A program made the position numbers and the translations under genes. The notes beneath the pieces were generated by a model. The model worked only from the letters and a program-made list of their open reading frames with translations. It made no database searches and was not told the DNA's origin. From the sequence record OP380604.1: a stretch of DNA of 64,000 bases. One strand, 5' to 3'. Positions 34,460-43,410 of the stretch are shown here, piece after piece. Position 1 is the stretch's first letter, and each line of letters starts with the position of its first letter.

Positions 34460-35185
34460 ATGAAAATCGATCTGCAAAAAGTTCACACCGCTGTGTTCGC
34501 TAACGGTGAGCGTAGAGACGGCAAGCTTATCGATCTCGTCAAGTCCACAAATCGACTGTGGAAATTCGGGACGCATTTACACGTTGGTACTTACTCCAAG
34601 TTTTACCACGAAATTCGCGACGGCATCGATAAAAACGGATTTCACGTTCATGACGGATATCGTTTGACTGGGCTTGTGTATCGTAAAGAAAATTTTGCTG
34701 GACGAGAAAGCTGGTTTGATATTTTCAAAGGGTTTTCTACCTGCGCTGGTATCATTCTCGGTGACATGGACAGAGTGATTGATCCTGTTCTGATCTTGCG
34801 TGAATACGACAAACAAGTTAAGCCAAAGACTCGTCAGTGGAATGATCGTGGCGCTCGTAAACATGCTTATGGTAGCCGAAATCGTCACATTTTCGGTAAA
34901 ATGTTTGCCTATATCGAGTCAAAGCGCAAACAAGATACCAGCTATAGTGATTATGAGCGAGAGCTGGATATGGAGTATTACGACGACGGTATCTATGATC
35001 AGTGTCTTGAGCCGTGGTGTGATGTTCATGTTCCTCAGATTCGCCGTAACAGTCTCGTTGATGCTTTCATGCATCGAGAGCGTTGGTGGGACAATGCAGG
35101 TCGATCTGTTGAAAAGAGCTGGAAATATCAGAGCAAACGGAGACACCAATGGAAGCCCAAGAAAGAAATTATCGAGACGTACTAG
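34460..35185 (+). CDS. Hypothetical protein with basic C-terminal SWKYQSKRRHQWK motif
   Basis: SD AAGGAG; own promoter; inserted between uvsX and 40. Confidence 0.75.
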   Translation: MKIDLQKVHTAVFANGERRDGKLIDLVKSTNRLWKFGTHLHVGTYSKFYHEIRDGIDKNGFHVHDGYRLTGLVYRKENFAGRESWFDIFKGFSTCAGIILGDMDRVIDPVLILREYDKQVKPKTRQWNDRGARKHAYGSRNRHIFGKMFAYIESKRKQDTSYSDYERELDMEYYDDGIYDQCLEPWCDVHVPQIRRNSLVDAFMHRERWWDNAGRSVEKSWKYQSKRRHQWKPKKEIIETY

Positions 35186-35466
35186 AAGACGCATTAAAAG
35201 CAGTTAAGCAAGAGCTTGTTATTCTTGTTGACGGCAATCCGTTCATCGTGTATATTCACGATCTAACGTATATTAACGGACAAGTTCACATCGACTGGTC
35301 CACTCCCCATAGTGAAGAAGAGATAATGAAAGATGAATTATTCAAACATGTTCAAGCCGCTATACAAGCGCAAATCAAAGAAGGTAGTGAATGTCAATCG
35401 AACAATCTATTCTCACGAATCTCCTTGTTTCTGAGGAATACTTTCGTCAAGTCTTCCCGTTCTTAA
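35149..35466 (+). CDS. 40: Head vertex assembly chaperone gp40
   Basis: VKQELVI...IVYI...DW...ELFKHVQAAI resembles T4 gp40; overlaps 41. Confidence 0.8.
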   Translation: MEAQERNYRDVLEDALKAVKQELVILVDGNPFIVYIHDLTYINGQVHIDWSTPHSEEEIMKDELFKHVQAAIQAQIKEGSECQSNNLFSRISLFLRNTFVKSSRS

Positions 35467-36848
35467 AATCGGAGTATTTTCCGAGAGGACCGATTCGAAT
35501 CATTTTCGAATTGATTCAAAAGCATTATAACGAATACAAGACTATTCCGACTCATAACGCGCTGGTGATTGCGCTGGAGAAACGAACCGGCATCGCACAA
35601 GTTGAGTTTGACGAAGCGTATGCTGGTATCGCTGAACTCACTGGTGTGCCGGAAGATCTCGCTTGGCTGCTTTCTGAAACCGAGAAGTATTGTCAAGAAA
35701 GAGCGATGCACAATGCTTTATCGGAAGCAATTCGAATTCAAGAGAATCACGCTAAACCTCTTGATGAACGAGATAAACGAATTGCCGACATCGGTGCTAT
35801 TCCCGATTTGATGAAAAACGCTCTTGCTGTTGCGTTTAATATTGCAATCGGCCACGATTACTTTGATGATGTTGAATCGCGATTCCAAAGTTATCGGATG
35901 AAAGCTAAAAAGATTCCGTTTACAACTCGCATTCTGAATACAATCACCAAAGGTGGTGTCGAGCGTAAAACACTGAACTTGATCCTCGCCGGTGTTAACG
36001 TCGGTAAGTCTCTGGGTCTGTGTCACTTGGCTTGTGAGTATCTGTTACAAGGTTATAACGTGCTTTACGTGTCCATGGAAATGGGCGAAGAAGTATGCGG
36101 TAAACGTATCGATGCCAACTTGCTTGATGTTAGCTTGGATGATATCGATGATGGCTTGATCTCTGAGTCTGATTTTATGCGTCGATTCGGCGCACTGAAA
36201 CAGAAAAACTGCGGTAAGCTTGTTGTCAAGCAATTCCCAACCGGTGCGGCTAACGTCAACCACTTGAACAACTTGATGGCAGATTTGCAGATCAAGAAAG
36301 GTTTCAAGCCAGATATCGTTATCGTGGATTATCTCGGTATCATGTGCTCCAAGCGTATGACTGCTTATTCCGAGAATAGCTATACGCTTGTTAAAGCAAT
36401 CGCCGAGGAACTGCGTGGCTTTGCTGTGGAGCATAACGTTGTTGTGTGGTCCGCTGCTCAAACTACTCGTGGTGGCTGGGATAGTTCTGATATCAGTATG
36501 TCAGACATTGCTGAATCTGCTGGTCTTGCTGCTACTGCTGACTTTATTCTTGCTGCTATGGAAACAGACGAACTAGCCGAAATCGGCCAACAATTGATGA
36601 AGCAGATCAAATCCCGTTATGGCGATAAGAACAAGTTTTCACGCTTCAATCTTTGTGTTGATAAGAGCAAGCAGCGTTGGTCCGAGCCGGAAGGTAATTT
36701 CGGTGGTAATCTGAATGATGCAAATGATCGTATGCAAGCGACACACAAGGAAAATGTTGCGAAAGCCAAAGATATGAGCACTCGGAATAAAATGGAACAA
36801 CTTGCTGCGATGAATGATGCAAGCGACGCGGTTGATTGGGGGATTTAA
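35391..36848 (+). CDS. 41: Replicative helicase gp41 (DnaB family)
   Basis: AGVNVGKS, VSMEM, IVDYLGI, AESAGL, KSRYGD. Confidence 0.97.
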   Translation: MSIEQSILTNLLVSEEYFRQVFPFLKSEYFPRGPIRIIFELIQKHYNEYKTIPTHNALVIALEKRTGIAQVEFDEAYAGIAELTGVPEDLAWLLSETEKYCQERAMHNALSEAIRIQENHAKPLDERDKRIADIGAIPDLMKNALAVAFNIAIGHDYFDDVESRFQSYRMKAKKIPFTTRILNTITKGGVERKTLNLILAGVNVGKSLGLCHLACEYLLQGYNVLYVSMEMGEEVCGKRIDANLLDVSLDDIDDGLISESDFMRRFGALKQKNCGKLVVKQFPTGAANVNHLNNLMADLQIKKGFKPDIVIVDYLGIMCSKRMTAYSENSYTLVKAIAEELRGFAVEHNVVVWSAAQTTRGGWDSSDISMSDIAESAGLAATADFILAAMETDELAEIGQQLMKQIKSRYGDKNKFSRFNLCVDKSKQRWSEPEGNFGGNLNDANDRMQATHKENVAKAKDMSTRNKMEQLAAMNDASDAVDWGI

Positions 36849-36881
36849 TCCCCTTTTCATAAATAAGAGTTTGGAGGTGTT

Positions 36882-37349
36882 ATGAGTGCAAAGACGATTA
36901 TGGATGCGGTTTACGCATACCGTTTAGCTACTCTATTAGGGAAATCTTTCTCTAAGTGGGAAGCGCATAAGCTAGGTATCATTGACGATCAAGGCAACGT
37001 GTTGCGACGTCCTGAGACTCCCAGAGAAAAATCGCATTATACCAAGTTTCATAGCATGGTAAGAAGTCTGAAACAGACAATTCAGCGATTTAGTGGTGGG
37101 TTTGGGACGACTGCATTGGCAGTGAAGATGGGGTGGAACGCCGTTATCAAAGAATATGGCGAGCCGGATCTATCTCGGATGCCGCTAGTTGAGTGTGAAG
37201 AAGATAGCGATTTGCACAAGCTGATCGAAATGGTCTCCGGTGATTGTGGTGGCGATGCTACTAAGATCGCAACTGGCGAGAAAAGTGGTTCTGTTACAGA
37301 TATGAGCGCTGGACAGACGAAAAAGATTGATAAGAAAAAGAAAAGCTGA
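36882..37349 (+). CDS. Conserved T4-like protein (often annotated 61.1), late promoter upstream
   Basis: AYRL..LL.K.F..WEA.KLGIID..G..L...YT.FH..V..LK family; CATAAATA at 36858-36865. Confidence 0.7.
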   Translation: MSAKTIMDAVYAYRLATLLGKSFSKWEAHKLGIIDDQGNVLRRPETPREKSHYTKFHSMVRSLKQTIQRFSGGFGTTALAVKMGWNAVIKEYGEPDLSRMPLVECEEDSDLHKLIEMVSGDCGGDATKIATGEKSGSVTDMSAGQTKKIDKKKKS

Positions 37350-37390
37350 TACAATGCCCCTTAATTGGGGCATTTTTGTTTGGAGAAACT

Positions 37391-38425
37391 ATGCTTTATC
37401 TACAACGTCATATGGCGCACCAGATCGCGTTTGTGTTGCCGATGTTTTCTGATCACAGTCGAGCGCACGAAATCAAGTACAATTTCCGTTGTCATATTTG
37501 CGGCGACTCGCAGAAAGACAAGTATAAATCGCGTGGCTGGTTTTATGAGCGCGACGGTCAAGTTTGGTACGGTTGTTTCAACTGCGGCAAACAGTTGCCG
37601 TTTTCGCTCTATCTCCAGATGTATCACGAAGAATTATACCGTGAGTACATCAAAGAGAAGTACAAAGATAACGAGCGTCCAAAGCGCCAGGAAGTCAATC
37701 TAAATCTTGGTTCAAAACTTGAGAAAAAAGAGCAAAAAGTTGTTTCCGATCTCCCTTTTTGTGTTAAACTATCCGAACTGAGAGAAGATCATCCAGTTGT
37801 TCGATACATGATTGATCGATGTATACCGAAAGATAAACTGAAACTGTTTTATTTCACCGACAACTGGAAAGCTCTGAGCAATCACATTAAGCCAGAGACG
37901 TATAAGGTCGTTGATCGTGAATACCGACTTGTTATTCCTATTCACAATCAAGACGGAACTGTTAGCTGTATTCAGGGACGCGCATTGGGTAATGTTGACA
38001 AGAATCAACGATATCTGACTGTTAAGCCCGATGATCAAGCTAATAAAATTTATGGACTTGAACGTGTTGACGGCAGTAAAACTGTCTTTTACTTTGAAGG
38101 TCCGATTGACAGTGTTTTTATTCCAAACTCTCTAGCTATCGTCGGTGGCTCCATGCATCTAAACGACGCTCCATTCAAGAGCAAGCGCGTATGGGTGCTA
38201 GACAACGAGCCGAGATCGAAAGAGACGGTAGAGCGGTTGGAGAAGCTTATCGACGCTGGCGAGAAAGTGGTTGTGTGGTACGAATGTCCTTGGAAGTCGA
38301 AAGACATTAACGACATGATCAAAAACGAAGGCGCTACTGCCGAACAAATTGAACAGTATTTAAAGCAGAATATCGTTTCTGGTTTAAGTGCTAAACGTAG
38401 ACTATCCGAATGGAGAAAAATCTGA
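37391..38425 (+). CDS. 61: DNA primase gp61
   Basis: FRCHICGDSQ...CFNC Zn finger, EGPIDS, LDNEPR, KDIND TOPRIM motifs; ATG 37391 after GGAG. Confidence 0.96.
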   Translation: MLYLQRHMAHQIAFVLPMFSDHSRAHEIKYNFRCHICGDSQKDKYKSRGWFYERDGQVWYGCFNCGKQLPFSLYLQMYHEELYREYIKEKYKDNERPKRQEVNLNLGSKLEKKEQKVVSDLPFCVKLSELREDHPVVRYMIDRCIPKDKLKLFYFTDNWKALSNHIKPETYKVVDREYRLVIPIHNQDGTVSCIQGRALGNVDKNQRYLTVKPDDQANKIYGLERVDGSKTVFYFEGPIDSVFIPNSLAIVGGSMHLNDAPFKSKRVWVLDNEPRSKETVERLEKLIDAGEKVVVWYECPWKSKDINDMIKNEGATAEQIEQYLKQNIVSGLSAKRRLSEWRKI

Positions 38426-38911
38426 ATGAATGTTATTCCTGTAATCCGACTGCCTCATTATCTGCCTGAGTGGGAACTGCCCGCTTTCAAATCTGCCGAA
38501 GCCGCTGGTATCGATCTGCGAGCCGCTATCGGTGAAACTGTAGTTCTGAAACCGGGCGAAGATATCGTGATCCCGTCTGGCCTGAAAATGGATATTGGTG
38601 CTCTGCAACTCGCAAATGTGTTTCTCGATATCGGTGTTTATGGCTGCATTCTGCCGCGCTCCGGTCTGGGATTCAAGCATTATGTCCGTCTCGCTAATAC
38701 CGCTGGTGTTATCGACTCTGACTATCACGGCGAGATCATGATCAAGCTGCGTAACGAAGGAACTGACGATCTGGCTATCGTGCCGGGTGATCGTGTTGTG
38801 CAGATGGTATTTCATCTGTATGTTAAGGGATTCGAGCTAAAAGAAGTTTCTGAATTTTCACGTAACACCGAACGCGGCGAATCTGGATTCGGGAGTTCTG
38901 GCGTTAAATGA
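38426..38911 (+). CDS. dut: Trimeric dUTPase
   Basis: AAGIDL, PRSGLG, GVIDSDYHGEI, GDRVVQ, RGESGFGSSG. Confidence 0.96.
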   Translation: MNVIPVIRLPHYLPEWELPAFKSAEAAGIDLRAAIGETVVLKPGEDIVIPSGLKMDIGALQLANVFLDIGVYGCILPRSGLGFKHYVRLANTAGVIDSDYHGEIMIKLRNEGTDDLAIVPGDRVVQMVFHLYVKGFELKEVSEFSRNTERGESGFGSSGVK

Positions 38912-39588
38912 TTCAAGTTCCAGAGTACGATGATTATATCATCGACATGGAGACATTTAGCAATAAAGCGAACGCAACAGTTATTGATCTAGCTGCTATC
39001 GTTTATCGGGAGGATATTCAGAATCCTCCCAGCTTTCAAGAACTTGTGTCCCGTGGCATCAAGATCAAATTTGACTTGAAATCCCAGTCAAATCGACATA
39101 AAATGAAATCCACAATCGAGTGGTGGAAGAATCAGAGTCCAGATGCTAAAAAGAACTTGAAACCCAGCTTGGATGATGTTAATATCAACGTCGGCATGGA
39201 AAAGTTCTTTGACTATATCAGACGTCCTGGTTTCAAAGTTGACTATTGGAAATCACTCGCGTGGTGTCGTGGTAATAGTTTTGACTTTACGATATTCGAG
39301 GATATGCTTTCCGAATATCTCGAACAAGATGATACGATTTTTGAACAACCTGTTAACTTCTCTCGCCAACGCGATATTAGAACAGCAATTGAACAAAACT
39401 TGTGTTCAAGAATGCAAACTATTTGCCCACTTCCGAAAGGAACACTTGACGGATTCGTGAAACATGATAGTATTCACGACGCCGCAAAAGATGTTCTCAT
39501 GTTGATCTACTCTAAGCGTTATGCTTGGGGACTAGAAGAAATGCCAACTGGCGACAATGTAGACCCACATTCTATTTTAAGAGGCTAA
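38908..39588 (+). CDS. dexA: Exonuclease A (DEDD) DexA
   Basis: IIDMET, WCRGNSFDF, RDIRT, HDSIHDAAKD. Confidence 0.9.
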   Translation: MIQVPEYDDYIIDMETFSNKANATVIDLAAIVYREDIQNPPSFQELVSRGIKIKFDLKSQSNRHKMKSTIEWWKNQSPDAKKNLKPSLDDVNINVGMEKFFDYIRRPGFKVDYWKSLAWCRGNSFDFTIFEDMLSEYLEQDDTIFEQPVNFSRQRDIRTAIEQNLCSRMQTICPLPKGTLDGFVKHDSIHDAAKDVLMLIYSKRYAWGLEEMPTGDNVDPHSILRG

Positions 39589-39590
39589 AG

Positions 39591-39773
39591 ATGAAAATCA
39601 ACGAAGTACGTTATAATGAAATCCTGGCTACCGTCGAAGGCGCATTTGAGCATACTTCGTATGGCTTCGGCGAAATGACCACTGTAATTTACGACAAAGA
39701 CGGCAAAGCGTTGGCAGAACGAATCGTTACCGATGCTGGCACCGAATACACTGAATACAACGAGGAACTGTAA
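39591..39773 (+). CDS. Hypothetical protein
   Basis: GAGG and ATG 39591; 60 aa. Confidence 0.6.
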   Translation: MKINEVRYNEILATVEGAFEHTSYGFGEMTTVIYDKDGKALAERIVTDAGTEYTEYNEEL

Positions 39774-39976
39774 TGGAAGAAAGAATTTTTACTGAGTTCG
39801 AACAAAAACAAATCGACACTCTGGATCGCACTGTGTACAACCTGATCGAAAGTTCACGCGAAGTTATCTTCCGTGCGATCATGGATCTGCGTGTTCCGTC
39901 TGATATCGATATCGAATCTCGGGTAGACGGTATCATTGCCAGCTACAAACGTGCATACGCTTTTATTAAGGGTTAA
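39773..39976 (+). CDS. Hypothetical protein
   Basis: 67 aa, TAATG coupling. Confidence 0.6.
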   Translation: MEERIFTEFEQKQIDTLDRTVYNLIESSREVIFRAIMDLRVPSDIDIESRVDGIIASYKRAYAFIKG

Positions 39977-39978
39977 AA

Positions 39979-40479
39979 ATGTTTCCACTTGATGTTCGTC
40001 TTGCTCCTGTGAATCGCATCGATTGTGAGCGAGAATTTCAGAAAGCATACAACTGGGAAAATCTGAACGAAGAACAGCGTTTCATTGTTCGCGGTGGCTG
40101 CTGGAATACTTGGGTAATGGGCTGGAATGCCGCTCAAAATCTCAAGTCAGTTGACCCCATCGCCAAAGTGTTGGAAACGTCTCAGATTGCAGATGTACAA
40201 CGTAGCCAACACTATGTACTGGGCAAGTGTACGGAAGAGCTTGGTGAAGCGGCTACCGTGATTAACAAGCCACATAAGCAACACCCAGAGCCACTGCATT
40301 GTGAGATCGCAGATCTGATTATCAGCGGCGTCGACCTTGTTTACGTTGAGTTGTACGAGCGACTTTCAAAAGAACTAGGTACCAAGGTAGATGAAGCACT
40401 TGTTGCCGACAAAGCGCGTGAAATGATCGTTAATGCTATTATCAGCAAAAACGAAAAGTGGAAGAAACAGGTAATCTAA
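39979..40479 (+). CDS. MazG-like nucleotide pyrophosphohydrolase with N-terminal extension
   Basis: KCTEELGEAA...EIADL all-alpha NTP-PPase motif. Confidence 0.7.
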   Translation: MFPLDVRLAPVNRIDCEREFQKAYNWENLNEEQRFIVRGGCWNTWVMGWNAAQNLKSVDPIAKVLETSQIADVQRSQHYVLGKCTEELGEAATVINKPHKQHPEPLHCEIADLIISGVDLVYVELYERLSKELGTKVDEALVADKAREMIVNAIISKNEKWKKQVI

Positions 40480-40480
40480 C

Positions 40481-40509
40481 GTTTACCTAATCGATTTTTT
40501 GTGTATAAT
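40481..40509 (+). promoter_or_regulatory. T4 consensus early promoter for topoisomerase
   Basis: GTTTAC-17-TATAAT. Confidence 0.85.
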
Positions 40510-40544
40510 GTGGAGTCTAAGTGCTCCACATATAAGAGGTATAA

Positions 40545-42386
40545 ATGTCACAAGAGTTTAAAGTTTTATCCGACAAAGAACACTGCCTTATCAATACGGA
40601 CATGTACATCGGGAGTACGAGCCTAGAGGTTCACGATGTTCTTGTAGATGGCAAGTTTGTTCCGATTGGTTATATTCCAGGTCTAGTCAAGATCACGGAT
40701 GAAGTAATCGATAACTGTGTGGATGAAGCAATTCGGACTAACTTCGAACATGCCAATCAAATCGAAGTGTCTATTAAAGACAATCAGGTATCAGTGAAAG
40801 ATAACGGTCGTGGTTTGCCCCAGGGTATGGTAGTCACTCCGGAAGGCGTTGAAGTACCGTTGCCACTTGCGGCTTGGACTCGCGCTCGCGCTGGCTCTAA
40901 CTTCTCCGCAGATCGCAAGACTATCGGTAAAAACGGTGTTGGATCCGCGTTAACTAACTTTTTCTCTGATAGTTTCGTTGGTGAAACCGGTAACGGCACA
41001 AATACCGTAACTGTACGTTGCACAAACAACGCGGATGAAGTAAGTTACACAACTAAAGCGGGTAAATTCAAGGGCACGACTGTAACGTTTGTTCCTGATT
41101 TCACCAGATTTGGTGTGTTCCAGCTTGATGAAGATTTCGAGCAAGTTATTCAGTCCAGACTGTTGACTCTTGCTGTAAACTTCCCGCAGATTACTTTCAA
41201 GTATAACGGCAAGAAAGTTGAAGGTAAGTTCAACAAATTCGCTGCACAATTTGGTGATGTTGTAAGCCACAACGATGAAAACGTTAGCTTGTTCTTTGCG
41301 ACTTCCGAAGAATACAGACAACTGAGCTTTGTTAACGGTGTTCACACAAAGCAGGGTGGTAATCACGTTTATGGCGTGTTGGACTCTCTGAGCGACGAAC
41401 TGATTCCGATGATCAAGCGTCAGCACAAGATCGAAATCAATAAGGCTCGTATCAAAGAATGCTTGCTTATTGGCTTGTTTATTCGTAATCTGGTAGCGCC
41501 GAAGTATGACGGTCAGACAAAAGAGCGACTGAGTTCTCCATGGGCACAGATTCGCGATCATATGAATCTGGATTATAAGGCTCTTGCTCGCAAGATTCTG
41601 AAAACTCCAGAAGTGATTGACCCGATTATTGCGTCTGCGCTGGCAAAGAAAGAAGCGGCAGATAAAGCCGCGGCAACTAAAGCCCAGAAGAAAGCAAAGA
41701 AAGCAAACGTAGCTAAACACGTTGCAGCGGCTGGTCTAGGTAGAGTTAAAACTATGTTGTTCCTTGCAGAAGGTGATTCGGCGATTGGTCCGTTCACTCG
41801 ATTCCGCAACGAAGAAACACAAGGCTCGTATCCCCTGCGTGGTAAGATGCTGAACGTATGGAATTTGCCTGATCATGAAGTGTTGAAAAACAAAGAGATT
41901 GCAGATCTACTTGGTATTCTCAACGTAGAACTCCGTTCGAAAGAAGCGCCCGCATATAGCGAAATTGCTATCATGACAGACGCGGATCAAGACGGTAAGG
42001 GTTCTATCGCTATGTTGGCTATTGCGTTTTTCTACAAGTATTGGCCACATTGGTTTGATCAGGGACGAATTTATATCGTTCGAACTCCTGAGTATATCAG
42101 CACAAACGGCAAAAAGACTGATTGGAGTTATTCTCGCGACGAGTTTAGAGCTAAGAAGTTCGACGGCAAGTGGACGCATCGACACATCAAGGGTCTTGGC
42201 TCGTTGACTGTTGAAGGCGATGATTGCGAATACAAACAATGTATTGAAAATCTCGTGTTGGAACAAGTCGTTATCGATGATCAAACTGCCGAAATGCTGG
42301 AAATGTTGTTCGGTGATGATGAACACAAGCGCAAACAGTGGCTTGGTTTCGATGATGATATCATTATTGAAGAGGAAGAGGGTTGA
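40545..42386 (+). CDS. 39: Type II topoisomerase large subunit (fused gp39+gp60)
   Basis: GHKL motifs EVIDN, DNGRG and GKNGVG plus TOPRIM motifs EGDSA, PLRGK, MTDADQDG and KGLGS in one ORF. Confidence 0.96.
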   Translation: MSQEFKVLSDKEHCLINTDMYIGSTSLEVHDVLVDGKFVPIGYIPGLVKITDEVIDNCVDEAIRTNFEHANQIEVSIKDNQVSVKDNGRGLPQGMVVTPEGVEVPLPLAAWTRARAGSNFSADRKTIGKNGVGSALTNFFSDSFVGETGNGTNTVTVRCTNNADEVSYTTKAGKFKGTTVTFVPDFTRFGVFQLDEDFEQVIQSRLLTLAVNFPQITFKYNGKKVEGKFNKFAAQFGDVVSHNDENVSLFFATSEEYRQLSFVNGVHTKQGGNHVYGVLDSLSDELIPMIKRQHKIEINKARIKECLLIGLFIRNLVAPKYDGQTKERLSSPWAQIRDHMNLDYKALARKILKTPEVIDPIIASALAKKEAADKAAATKAQKKAKKANVAKHVAAAGLGRVKTMLFLAEGDSAIGPFTRFRNEETQGSYPLRGKMLNVWNLPDHEVLKNKEIADLLGILNVELRSKEAPAYSEIAIMTDADQDGKGSIAMLAIAFFYKYWPHWFDQGRIYIVRTPEYISTNGKKTDWSYSRDEFRAKKFDGKWTHRHIKGLGSLTVEGDDCEYKQCIENLVLEQVVIDDQTAEMLEMLFGDDEHKRKQWLGFDDDIIIEEEEG

Positions 42387-42438
42387 CACCCTCTTTTTCA
42401 AAGTGTAGAATCATTCCATGCTTTGAAAAGGAGAGCGT

Positions 42439-42927
42439 ATGTTACTTGAAATTGAACGTAAGTATCTGGTAAATCAGGAAGTAGTAATCGAAGATGAACC
42501 GATTCGTAGGATAGAGATTGAGCAGTTTTATCTTGGTAAGCTGCGATTCCGTAAGCAACACCATGGCATTTCTACCTACTTCTGGAATATGAAGTTCGGT
42601 AAAGGTATGAGTAAGATTGAACTGGAAACACGTATTCCCAAGTTCATCTATGAGTTTGCCAAACGTCGTGCTCCGGTTGGTGGCGTGTTGAAAAAACAAC
42701 GTAGCGTCTATCAGCATGGTAAGCATAAGATCGAAATGGACGAGTTCCAGAGCTATCCCTATGAAGGGTTTAAGATTGCTGAGATTGAACTTGCCCACGA
42801 AAATGAAGAAATTCTCCCGCTTCCTAAGTGGATTGGACTTGAAGTAACGGGCGACAAGCGTTATAATAACCGTCGTATGGCTAAGAAAGCTTCTAAAAAG
42901 GTGTTGAATCAACAATGGGTAATCTGA
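42439..42927 (+). CDS. CYTH / triphosphate tunnel metalloenzyme
   Basis: N-terminal EIERKYLV (ExExK), K.R, EMDEF, AEIEL and W.G.EVTGD.RY.N. Confidence 0.85.
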   Translation: MLLEIERKYLVNQEVVIEDEPIRRIEIEQFYLGKLRFRKQHHGISTYFWNMKFGKGMSKIELETRIPKFIYEFAKRRAPVGGVLKKQRSVYQHGKHKIEMDEFQSYPYEGFKIAEIELAHENEEILPLPKWIGLEVTGDKRYNNRRMAKKASKKVLNQQWVI

Positions 42928-43226
42928 CTAAGAATTTGGGCGATATCTCTAAGAAAATCAGTCCGTGCATTAAAATCGGCAAGATGACTTTTCTCCGTGA
43001 GAAGTTTATCAAGTTCATCGATGTAAAGTTCGGTGAATGGGAAATGTATTGTGAAGAACACGAAATCAAAGTTCTGCATACCGTGAAAAAAGAAGTCAAG
43101 AAGTTCCGCGAATCTCTGAAAGAGACTAGCGAGATTACCCATAAAACCGCTAATCTGAATTTGATCTTCGGTTACGAAGTTGATCTGGAAGAGCTGGGCG
43201 AACGTTGGTTTGACGAGTATCTGTAA
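42915..43226 (+). CDS. Hypothetical protein
   Basis: 103-aa ORF overlapping the CYTH stop. Confidence 0.6.
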   Translation: MGNLTKNLGDISKKISPCIKIGKMTFLREKFIKFIDVKFGEWEMYCEEHEIKVLHTVKKEVKKFRESLKETSEITHKTANLNLIFGYEVDLEELGERWFDEYL

Positions 43227-43323
43227 AAACAGTTTGACTCTGTGAATCAATCCTGATAATCTGTTTTCAAATAAACCGGTGGCTGGTGTCAGCCACTTTC
43301 TGATGTTATGTGAGGAATATATT

Positions 43324-43410
43324 ATGTCAACAATGAGAGTAAACAATGAAAATCCATCAAGAACAAACCGAGATTTACGGAAGCGCGGCAGATCAAAGCT
43401 CTGGCTTTAA
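43324..43410 (+). CDS. Putative leader ORF (28 aa) overlapping the rIIA start out of frame
   Basis: GAGGA-7 nt-ATG downstream of promoter TTGACT-17-TAATCT; MSTMRVNNENPSRTNRDLRKRGRSKLWL*. Confidence 0.4.
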   Translation: MSTMRVNNENPSRTNRDLRKRGRSKLWL

